A stretch of DNA of 32,000 nucleotides from Acinetobacter oleivorans DR1. GTDB taxonomy: Bacteria > Pseudomonadota > Gammaproteobacteria > Pseudomonadales > Moraxellaceae. The notes under the pieces are model-generated. The model did no database searches. It saw only the letters and a list, made by a program, of their open reading frames with translations, and was not told where the DNA came from. Below, one piece after another: positions 24,328 to 32,000 of the stretch. The position numbers and the translations under genes are program-made. The stretch is taken from contig NC_014259.1 of NCBI RefSeq assembly GCF_000196795.1, positions 4,027,178 through 4,059,177 on the forward strand, given 5' to 3'. Position 1 is the stretch's first letter; every line of letters begins with the position of its first letter.

Positions 24328-24452
24328 GATGGTTTCCTTTTGGTCATCCATTTATCAAATTAGACCAACACGATGGAGTCTTACCGTTTGTAATTTATAT
24401 TTAACTAGCTCATTCTCTAATTAGAATCAGCCCTATATTTACTATCGTGATT

Positions 24453-24542
24453 GGCGGCAGGGATGCCGCCGTTTCGATGCGGTAGCAAGGAAGTACCGTC
24501 ATCGAAACGAAGGTTTTTGGTTACTTTTGACCTTTCAAAAGT
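24453..24542. other. Three consecutive stable hairpins in the lldD-dld intercistronic spacer
   Basis: Hairpin 1: GGCGGCA-ggga-TGCCGCC (24453..24470). Hairpin 2: GTTTCGATG-CGGTA-gcaaggaag-TACCG-t-CATCGAAAC (24471..24508). Hairpin 3: ACTTTTGA-cctt-TCAAAAGT (24523..24542). Confidence 0.6.
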
Positions 24543-24622
24543 GACAAATGCCTACACTCAGAACTTTAGCAAATCACCAAATTTTGAGGCTGTGCTTATT
24601 GCCTCACTTAAAAACTTATTTC

Positions 24623-25774
24623 TTAAAAACCTTGCTTCATCGCCTGTACTAAACAATCCGCATTAATATCCGAAATCGACTTAGCACCCGTAAGCGTCAT
24701 CGCAACACGCATTTCTTTATCAATTAAATCAAGCAAGTTCGAGACCCCTTGCCCACCTGCTGCTGCCAAGGCATAAACAAATGCACGGCCAAGTAAAACC
24801 GTATCGGCACCGAGCGCCAACATACGCACCACATCTAAACCATTGCGGATGCCTGAGTCAGCCAAAATCGCCAAATCACCTTTCACTGCATCAGCAATTG
24901 CAGGCAATGCACGAGCAGATGACATCACACCATCTAACTGACGACCACCGTGATTCGAGACCACAATACCATCTGCACCAAAACGCACGGCATCTTTGGC
25001 ATCTTCAGGGTCTAAAATACCCTTAATTACCATTGGGCCATCCCAAAATTCACGAATCCACTCAAGGTCTTTCCATGAAATTGATGGGTCAAAGTTCGAG
25101 CCTAACCAACCAATATAGTCTTCAAGCCCAGTAGGCTTACCTAAATATTTAGAAATATTGCCCAAGTCGTGCGGACGGCCCATTAGGCCAACATTCCACG
25201 ACCAATGCGGATGGAACATTGACTGCATATAGCGGCGCATCGCAGCATTTGGCCCACTCATACCCGAATGGGCATCACGGTAACGTGCACCCGGCACAGG
25301 CATATCTACGGTAAATACCAATGTTGAACAACCTGCCGCTTTTGCACGTTCCAAAGCATTCCGCATAAAACCACGGTCACGTAATACATAAAGCTGGAAC
25401 CACATAGGGCGGTTAATTGCAGGTGCAACTTCTTCAATTGGACATACCGAAACCGTTGAAAGAGTAAATGGAATGCCCTTTTTGTCGGCTGCCATCGCTG
25501 CCTGCACTTCACCACGGCGCGCATACATACCTGTTAAGCCTACAGGTGCCAAAGCAACTGGCATAGACAAGGTTTCGTTAAACAGTTTGGTTTCAAGGCT
25601 TAACGCCGACATGTCATTGAGCACACGTTGACGCAATGCAATTTCTGACAAATCTTGTACGTTACGCTTTAAGGTATATTCCGAATACGCTCCACCATCA
25701 ATGTAATGAAATAAAAATGGAGGTAAGCGACGCTGTGCCGCAGCACGATAATCATTGCCAGAAGAAATAATCAT
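24623..25774 (-). CDS. lldD: FMN-dependent L-lactate dehydrogenase
   Basis: The whole length is nearly collinear with E. coli LldD as I recall it ([35 protein letters not shown]...). Confidence 0.95.
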   Translation of the reverse strand: MIISSGNDYRAAAQRRLPPFLFHYIDGGAYSEYTLKRNVQDLSEIALRQRVLNDMSALSLETKLFNETLSMPVALAPVGLTGMYARRGEVQAAMAADKKGIPFTLSTVSVCPIEEVAPAINRPMWFQLYVLRDRGFMRNALERAKAAGCSTLVFTVDMPVPGARYRDAHSGMSGPNAAMRRYMQSMFHPHWSWNVGLMGRPHDLGNISKYLGKPTGLEDYIGWLGSNFDPSISWKDLEWIREFWDGPMVIKGILDPEDAKDAVRFGADGIVVSNHGGRQLDGVMSSARALPAIADAVKGDLAILADSGIRNGLDVVRMLALGADTVLLGRAFVYALAAAGGQGVSNLLDLIDKEMRVAMTLTGAKSISDINADCLVQAMKQGF

Positions 25775-26523
25775 TTTGAATCAACTCTACTTAAACGATT
25801 TGCACGTTTCTGGCGAGCTTCGTCTTCATCCAGAGAACGCACATGATTAATCACAAATTCAATATGACCGCAGACAGCTTGGCGTGCGGCCTCGGGATCT
25901 TTACGATCAATAGCATCCATCACCTGAAAATGCTGCTCGCTCAGCAAGTCACCATTTACGGGGTCGTTATAAACTTTTTTACGCCCTAACAAGACGTTGT
26001 ATTGCAGCAAATCAAACAAGCTGCGCATCATTTGAATCAGCACCACATTGTGAGATGCTTCAGCAATCGCTAAGTGGAATTCAGCATCGGCTACTGCAGC
26101 CTGCGCCGAGTCACCTGCATTTTGATGGCGACTAATTTCATTAAAATAATGATGAATTTTGGCGCGATCTTCAGGCGTTGAGCGTAATGCGGCATACCAT
26201 GCCGTGCCACCTTCAAGTAATAACCGTGCCTCTTGCACATCAAAACGGTAGAGTGGATCTTCTTCAATCAGGTTGCTAATCGGGTTCACAATCAGTTGCT
26301 GTGGCCACTGTTCAGGCAACTGCTGAATATAAGTCCCATCGCCACGGCGGCTACTGAGCACACCTTGACTATTAAGCTGCTGAATCGCTTCACGCAAAGA
26401 TGGACGAGAAACCCCTAAACTTGTTGCAAGCTGGCGTTCGGCAGGCAAACGGTCACCTTTTTTCATGTGACGTTCTTCAATTAATGCCTGCAATTTCATG
26501 ACCACTTGATCGGAGATTCTCAT
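25771..26523 (-). CDS. lldR: GntR/FadR-family lactate-responsive regulator
   Basis: Winged HTH ([28 protein letters not shown]), located between lldP and lldD. There is an ATGA overlap with lldD. Confidence 0.85.
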   Translation of the reverse strand: MRISDQVVMKLQALIEERHMKKGDRLPAERQLATSLGVSRPSLREAIQQLNSQGVLSSRRGDGTYIQQLPEQWPQQLIVNPISNLIEEDPLYRFDVQEARLLLEGGTAWYAALRSTPEDRAKIHHYFNEISRHQNAGDSAQAAVADAEFHLAIAEASHNVVLIQMMRSLFDLLQYNVLLGRKKVYNDPVNGDLLSEQHFQVMDAIDRKDPEAARQAVCGHIEFVINHVRSLDEDEARQKRANRLSRVDSK

Positions 26524-26542
26524 CGCGTTTCCTTCACTGGAG

Positions 26543-28204
26543 TTATGGAATCATCCACGGAACCAGATAAGCCTGAACCGTAATAATGATGCCAACAAAG
26601 ACAGTGAATATGATGCTATGTTTTACCGTGAAACGGAACAAGTCAGATTCTTTTCCAACTAAACCTACTGCGGCACACGCAATCGCAATCGACTGCGGAG
26701 AAATCATCTTACCTGTCACGCCACCACTGGTATTAGCAGCCACCAATAACACTTCTGGAATACCAATTTGCTGAGCCGTAGTCGCCTGTAGAGCCGAGAA
26801 CAAAGCATTTGAAGAGGTATCTGAACCTGTAAGGAATACACCAAGCCAGCCCAAAAATGGCGAGAAGAAAGTAAACGCATGACCCGTATGCGATAGAGCT
26901 AAAGCTAAAGTTGCAGATAAACCTGAATAGTTCGCAATAAAAGCAAACGCCAACACCATACCAATCGAGTAAATCGGTGTTTTCAACTCATTGAGTGTTT
27001 CACCAAAAGTCGTTACTGCCTCACTTGCTTTCATTTTCAAGAAAATAGCAGTGATAATTGCAGCAATAAAAATTGCCGTACCTGTTGCAGAGAACCAGTC
27101 AAACTTATAAATCGCTTCATATGGCTTCATCTCTGCCACAATTGGCGGCATTTTTTCGACCAATTTATGCAAATACGGAACTTCAAGTTTGAAAATCCAG
27201 TGTTCAAGAGCACCATCTTTTGCAAATAATGCTTTAAACGGCTTAACACTCCAGATGGTCACCATGACTGTTAAGATGGCAAATGGAGACCATGCCTTAG
27301 CAATTTTCCCAATACTGTAACGTTGAACCGTTGTAGGTTGCTGAATTAGAGTTTGGCCAGCTTCAGGTTCAAAGCGGAAAATATGTTTTGGTTTCCAGAA
27401 ACGGAACAACACAGTCAGGCTGACCAATGAAGCAATTGCAGCGGTAATATCTGGTAATTCAGGGCCAATAAAGTTAGATGTAAGATATTGGGCAATCGCA
27501 AAAGCGCCACCACCCACTAATACAGCAGGCCAAGTTTCTTTAACACCACGCCAGCCATCCATAATCGCCATGATCCAGAACAACACGATCAGCGTTAAAA
27601 ATGGCAACTGACGACCCACCATCTGGCTAATTTCCATGGTGTCTACGCCTGACACCTGCCCCGCCACAATAATTGGAATACCCATCGCACCAAATGCCAC
27701 TGGCGCGGTATTTACAATCAAGCATAAACCAGCAGCATAAAGTGGCTTAAAGCCTAAACCTACAAGGAGTGCAGCCGTAATTGCGACAGGAGCACCAAAA
27801 CCCGCTGCTCCTTCAAGGAAAGTACCAAATGCAAAACCAACGAGTAACATTTGCAGACGTTGGTCTTCGGTAATTGACAAAATGCTTGAGCGAATAACTT
27901 CAAACTGACCTGTTTTTACCGAAATCTTGTATAGAAAAACTGCCCCAATAATGATCCATGAAATTGGCCATAGACCATAGAAGAAACCGTAAATAATAGA
28001 CGCAAAGGCCATTTGACCCGGCATTTGATAGAAAAAGAGAGCAATCAATAATGCAATAATGACTGTGCCCGTACCCGCGATACTGCCTTTTAAACGAAAA
28101 ACTGCTAATGCCAAAAAGAAGAAAATAATCGGGATTAATGCAACCGCACTGGACAGCCAAATATTATTTAAAGGGTCATAAAGTTGTTGCCACATATTGA
28201 GCAT
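26543..28204 (-). CDS. lldP: L-lactate permease
   Basis: Polytopic LctP-family protein. [16 protein letters not shown] parallels the E. coli LldP N-terminus. I prefer the start at ATG 28204, which has AAGGAG 6 nt upstream; the track ORF extends to 28258. Confidence 0.9.
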   Translation of the reverse strand: MLNMWQQLYDPLNNIWLSSAVALIPIIFFFLALAVFRLKGSIAGTGTVIIALLIALFFYQMPGQMAFASIIYGFFYGLWPISWIIIGAVFLYKISVKTGQFEVIRSSILSITEDQRLQMLLVGFAFGTFLEGAAGFGAPVAITAALLVGLGFKPLYAAGLCLIVNTAPVAFGAMGIPIIVAGQVSGVDTMEISQMVGRQLPFLTLIVLFWIMAIMDGWRGVKETWPAVLVGGGAFAIAQYLTSNFIGPELPDITAAIASLVSLTVLFRFWKPKHIFRFEPEAGQTLIQQPTTVQRYSIGKIAKAWSPFAILTVMVTIWSVKPFKALFAKDGALEHWIFKLEVPYLHKLVEKMPPIVAEMKPYEAIYKFDWFSATGTAIFIAAIITAIFLKMKASEAVTTFGETLNELKTPIYSIGMVLAFAFIANYSGLSATLALALSHTGHAFTFFSPFLGWLGVFLTGSDTSSNALFSALQATTAQQIGIPEVLLVAANTSGGVTGKMISPQSIAIACAAVGLVGKESDLFRFTVKHSIIFTVFVGIIITVQAYLVPWMIP

Positions 28205-28265
28205 TGTCATCTCCTTGAAATGCCGGGGCGAATTTTTGTACCTTAAATTCTTAAACATCTAACAC

Positions 28266-28282
28266 AATTGGTATTACCAATT
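28266..28282. promoter_or_regulatory. LldR-type operator AATTGGTATTACCAATT
   Basis: Perfect 7-bp inverted half-sites AATTGGT/ACCAATT around 3 nt, in the lldP upstream region. This is the FadR-subfamily TGGT-N3-ACCA core. Confidence 0.65.
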
Positions 28283-28370
28283 AAAAATTAAGTGCAAATG
28301 TTGTTCCTTAAACCACAGGAAGCATCATAAACACAGACATTAGCAAGATCAATCATTAAATAACCATTAA

Positions 28371-28387
28371 AATTGGTATGACCAATA
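28371..28387. promoter_or_regulatory. Second LldR-type operator AATTGGTATGACCAATA
   Basis: Same motif, with 6 of 7 positions matching in the right half. Its centre lies 105 bp from the first operator. Confidence 0.6.
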
Positions 28388-28583
28388 TGGTTGAATAAAA
28401 TCAAGCTATTTCTAATTTATAAATTTATTTATTAGACTAAAGTCGTAAAAATCTTTCTTATAAATTTAGATATGAACTACCGAAATGAAGTGAAAAATTT
28501 GAATATAAAAACTATAAACATACCTGTTTCATGATCTATGTATAATGTGCACACAACTCAAACCACATGTATTGAATTGAATA

Positions 28584-29954
28584 ATGACTACTTTAACGTG
28601 TTTTAAAGCTTATGATATCCGAGGCAAACTCGGCACCGAATTGAATGAAGAAATTGCCTATAAAATTGGCCGCGCTTACGGACAAATCTATAAACCAAAG
28701 ACTGTGGTTGTAGGTTGTGATATTCGTCTAAGCAGTGAGGCTTTAAAACAAGCGACCATCCGTGGATTAAATGATGCGAGTGTCAATGTTCTTGATTTAG
28801 GCATGACGGGTACTGAAGAAGTTTACTTCGCCGCTTTCCATTTAGATGTGCAAGGTGGTATCGAAGTTACTGCGAGCCATAACCCAATGGACTATAACGG
28901 CATGAAATTGGTTCGAGAAAATGCTCGTCCAATTAGTGCAGATACTGGTTTAAAAGAAATTCAGGCTTTAGCAGAAACCAATAACTTTGAAGAAGTTAGT
29001 CAAAAAGGTACAACTCAAAGCTATAACATTTTGTCTGAGTTCGTTGATCACTTATTAACTTATATTGAACCAGCAAAAATCCGCCCACTTAAGTTAGTGG
29101 TAAACGCGGGTAATGGTGCAGCTGGTCACGTGATTGATGCAATCGAAGAAAAATTTAAAACGCTTAACGTACCTATTGAATTTATTAAAATTCACCATGA
29201 AGCAGATGGCACTTTCCCAAATGGGATTCCTAACCCAATTTTAATTGAAAACCGTGACAGTACTCGAAATGCTGTAATTGAGCATAAAGCAGATATGGGA
29301 ATTGCATGGGACGGCGACTTTGACCGCTGTTTCTTATTTGATGAAAAGGGACAGTTCATTGAAGGCTACTATATTGTTGGTCTATTGGCTCAAGCTTTCT
29401 TGATTAAACAGTCAGGCGAAAAAATTGTGCATGACCCGCGTTTAGTGTGGAACACATTTGATATCGTGGATGAGTACGAAGGTATTGCCGTCCAGTCAAA
29501 ATCTGGTCATGCATTCATTAAAGACGTGATGCGTGAACACAATGCCGTATATGGCGGAGAAATGAGTGCACACCACTATTTCCGTGACTTTGCTTACTGC
29601 GACAGCGGGATGATTCCATGGTTACTCACCGTTGCCCTACTTTCTGAAACAGGACAATCACTTTCAACACTCGTTGAAAATATGATTACCAAGTTTCCTT
29701 GTAGTGGTGAAATCAACTTTAAAGTGGTTGATACACAAATCACTATTCAAAAGATTTTCGATTTCTATGCTGATCAAAATCCACAAATTGACCGTACTGA
29801 TGGTGTAAGTCTAGACTTTGGTGCATGGCGCTTTAATGTCCGTGCTTCAAACACAGAGCCTTTACTACGCCTCAATATTGAAAGCCGTGCAGATCGTCAA
29901 GCTCAGCCAATGCAGCATTATGTAGATGAATTAACTGGATTAATTCAGTCTTAA
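28584..29954 (+). CDS. pgm: Phosphoglucomutase/phosphomannomutase (alpha-D-phosphohexomutase family)
   Basis: Active-site loop TASHNP, metal loop DGDFDR and sugar loop GGEMSAH. It is divergent from lldP, as at the end of Acinetobacter K loci. Confidence 0.9.
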   Translation: MTTLTCFKAYDIRGKLGTELNEEIAYKIGRAYGQIYKPKTVVVGCDIRLSSEALKQATIRGLNDASVNVLDLGMTGTEEVYFAAFHLDVQGGIEVTASHNPMDYNGMKLVRENARPISADTGLKEIQALAETNNFEEVSQKGTTQSYNILSEFVDHLLTYIEPAKIRPLKLVVNAGNGAAGHVIDAIEEKFKTLNVPIEFIKIHHEADGTFPNGIPNPILIENRDSTRNAVIEHKADMGIAWDGDFDRCFLFDEKGQFIEGYYIVGLLAQAFLIKQSGEKIVHDPRLVWNTFDIVDEYEGIAVQSKSGHAFIKDVMREHNAVYGGEMSAHHYFRDFAYCDSGMIPWLLTVALLSETGQSLSTLVENMITKFPCSGEINFKVVDTQITIQKIFDFYADQNPQIDRTDGVSLDFGAWRFNVRASNTEPLLRLNIESRADRQAQPMQHYVDELTGLIQS

Positions 29955-29967
29955 TAGAGTTCATCTC

Positions 29968-29999
29968 AAAGAGATGGAACATTATTGTTCCATCTCTTT
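29968..29999. terminator. Bidirectional terminator between pgm and pgt1
   Basis: A 14-bp stem, AAAGAGATGGAACA (29968..29981) paired with TGTTCCATCTCTTT (29986..29999), with loop TTAT and T/A runs on both sides. Confidence 0.8.
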
Positions 30000-31823
30000 T
30001 TGGTTATTCTGCATAATTTTATAAGTATGATTATGTCCGTCTAATACATCCTTATTTAGATTTTCATAACCTTTTAACAATACTTTCTTATCAAAATTAC
30101 ACGTTGGATTTTCATTGATAAATTTTTGGTGAATGGCACTATAACAACTCGAGACATCATCAACAAATTGATAGTAATCTGATAAAGGTAACCCTGCTAA
30201 CTTTAATAGTTTTGGAGCGACGAAACTTGCAGCAATATAAGGTTGCTTCAAAGGCTTCTTATCTAATTTATAATTGCTCCACACTACAAACGGTGTCTGA
30301 TAATTTTTTAAATTAGTTCGCTCAGGATCATCTTTAAAAAATCCATAACTCTCATAAACTTCTTGTAGATTTGGCAAATGATCGCCAAAAGCCACTAAAA
30401 TTGTTGGTCTATCTACTGTCTTTAAATATTCAGCGAGCTCTTTTAACTTTTGGTTAGCACGTGCAGTTCCAGCAGTATAAGTACTTAATTTTTGCTTTTC
30501 AGTTTCAGACAGTTCTTTGTTAAGTTTATAATTTTGTTTACCAAATCGATTATCATTATACATTGGGTGATTTTCAACAGTAATCGCATAAATAAACTTT
30601 GGCTGTAACTCATTCTCTTTTAAAGTAGACTTAATTGAATCAAAAATGAGATCATCTGTGACCCAACCGCCCAAATTAATAACTTTCCCTAGATCTTTAT
30701 GGGCAATCATGTTTTCAAGCGATATAAATTTCTCAAACCCTAAATCTGGATATACCTTATTACGATTATAGTAGTAACTATAATTATTATGCATTACAAC
30801 CGTTTGATAACCGATTGAATTTAAATAATAAGGTAGAGCATAAATTGGTTTCTTTAGCTTAGAAACATATAACAACTCATTTGGGAAAAAAGTTGTATTG
30901 AGACTCGTTAGAACTTCAAACTCGACATTCGCAGTACCTCCCCCAAAAGAAGGAGACAATAAATTAGAAATCTGATTTTGATGAACAAAAGATAATAAAT
31001 CTTTTGAAAAACCATTATCTAAATGATGAGAATCCCAAAAAGATTCTTCCATCACAATAACAATGTTCGAATATTCCTTCTCATTATCTTCTAAAGGTTG
31101 AACCAAATGATGTTGCTGCAATATCTGCAATATGTCTTGCTCAGATACTTTACGGTTAGGTAATAATACACTCGTTACATTATCCAATACTTTAGAAATA
31201 TAAAAAGTCACAAAACCATAATCTTGAATTTTCCGATAATCACCGATCCAATCATTTCTAGTATTTGGAAATTCCTGTAGGCTTGCACAAATCATAGGCT
31301 TATTTTCAGAAAAACAAGCACCTGTAGGATTTCTAATGAAATTTAAATAAATTAAGCTACTACTAAGTAATCCAAAAATAATAATATTTGGTACATAGGA
31401 ATGAAATGTCACCTTACTTTCTTTTCTTATTGCAATTAGCAGAGTAATAAGAAAGAAAATAATTGAAGTAAAGAAAATGAGTTGTAAATGCCATGGTGTT
31501 GCCTTCATTGCCTCAGGCACAAGAAAAATATCTTCAGGACTTAGATTACTAAATAAATATTGTTGTTTCTTTTTATTAATAAAATTTAAAAATATAACAA
31601 ATAATTGGCTCAGCAATAAAGCAGTATATTTCCGGCCCGTCACTATAAAAAATAGCTGAATGACTGCATAATTGAATAAGATTGAAAACAAAGCCCTATC
31701 TGAACTCAAATATGTATAAAACTTAATTAGAGTCAATTGCATATCCCATGCAATATACAATCCCAAACAAGTTGAAAAAAAAGCAATGAAAACAAAGAGA
31801 AGCTGTTGACGCAGAAAGGCCAT
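29982..31823 (-). CDS. pgt1: Membrane-anchored sulfatase/LTA-synthase-family phosphoglycerol transferase
   Basis: An N-terminal polytopic region followed by an extracytoplasmic alkaline-phosphatase-superfamily domain. Its position next to pgm matches pgt1 of several A. baumannii K loci as I recall them. Confidence 0.7.
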   Translation of the reverse strand: MAFLRQQLLFVFIAFFSTCLGLYIAWDMQLTLIKFYTYLSSDRALFSILFNYAVIQLFFIVTGRKYTALLLSQLFVIFLNFINKKKQQYLFSNLSPEDIFLVPEAMKATPWHLQLIFFTSIIFFLITLLIAIRKESKVTFHSYVPNIIIFGLLSSSLIYLNFIRNPTGACFSENKPMICASLQEFPNTRNDWIGDYRKIQDYGFVTFYISKVLDNVTSVLLPNRKVSEQDILQILQQHHLVQPLEDNEKEYSNIVIVMEESFWDSHHLDNGFSKDLLSFVHQNQISNLLSPSFGGGTANVEFEVLTSLNTTFFPNELLYVSKLKKPIYALPYYLNSIGYQTVVMHNNYSYYYNRNKVYPDLGFEKFISLENMIAHKDLGKVINLGGWVTDDLIFDSIKSTLKENELQPKFIYAITVENHPMYNDNRFGKQNYKLNKELSETEKQKLSTYTAGTARANQKLKELAEYLKTVDRPTILVAFGDHLPNLQEVYESYGFFKDDPERTNLKNYQTPFVVWSNYKLDKKPLKQPYIAASFVAPKLLKLAGLPLSDYYQFVDDVSSCYSAIHQKFINENPTCNFDKKVLLKGYENLNKDVLDGHNHTYKIMQNNQKEMEQ

Positions 31824-32000
31824 AACTTAAGCAGAAGGACAAAAGGCAATGGCGAATATTACCATAAAAATTAGTTGTTCACTTAGTAGGTTTATGAGTT
31901 TTCAGGAACATCAAAATACATAAACATATGAATTATAAAGAAATAAATATAAAATTTTAACTAAAAAATAAGCCTATAGCTACTAAGTAGCTATAGGTAG

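Noticed and set aside
24451-24666. 71-aa plus-strand ORF in the lldD-dld spacer
   Set aside because: It covers the hairpin cluster and runs antisense into the lldD 3' end. It has no RBS, and its sequence is dictated by the palindromes.
22621-28258. Short ORFs nested in dld, lldD, lldR and lldP (for example 23016-23210, 23616-24011, 24781-25026, 25306-25524, 26233-26418, 26586-26774, 27900-28160)
   Set aside because: They are off-frame or antisense to highly recognisable lactate-utilisation genes.

Overview
This window looks like an Acinetobacter (baumannii-like) chromosomal segment; that call rests on gene content and order recalled from memory, not on any search. From right to left it holds five blocks. 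(1) The right-hand end of the capsule K locus: pgt1 and pgm. (2) The lactate operon lldP-lldR-lldD-dld, then tyrB. (3) A GntR-regulated methylcitrate operon, prpB-prpC-acnD. (4) A roughly 3.5-kb stretch of small genes interleaved with three near-identical ~205-bp units. (5) An AT-rich orphan type VI secretion island: vgrG, an uncharacterised effector, and a run of seven lipoprotein genes or gene fragments. A TetR/MFS pair and an SDR gene flank that island on the left.

Two things stand out.
(a) Each of the three repeat units carries a GacA-box-like palindrome, a conserved sigma70-type promoter, a ~130-nt segment rich in (A)GGA motifs displayed in hairpin loops, and an intrinsic terminator. That is the architecture of CsrA/RsmA-sequestering sRNAs, here present as a three-gene cluster.
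(b) The vgrG cargo module encodes a 414-aa protein with a papain/C39-like Q-x5-CG ... HWIV ... DP signature. It is followed by three tandem Ig-like lipoprotein paralogs, a decayed fourth copy, and a second pair of four-Cys lipoprotein paralogs. This looks like an effector plus an expanded immunity array.

A further promoter-driven structured RNA candidate, an octamer microsatellite, and operator palindromes for the TetR, GntR and LldR regulators are also visible. I saw no rRNA, tRNA, CRISPR array or IS element. All functional names come from motifs I recognise by eye. Transcription starts and RNA functions are predictions.
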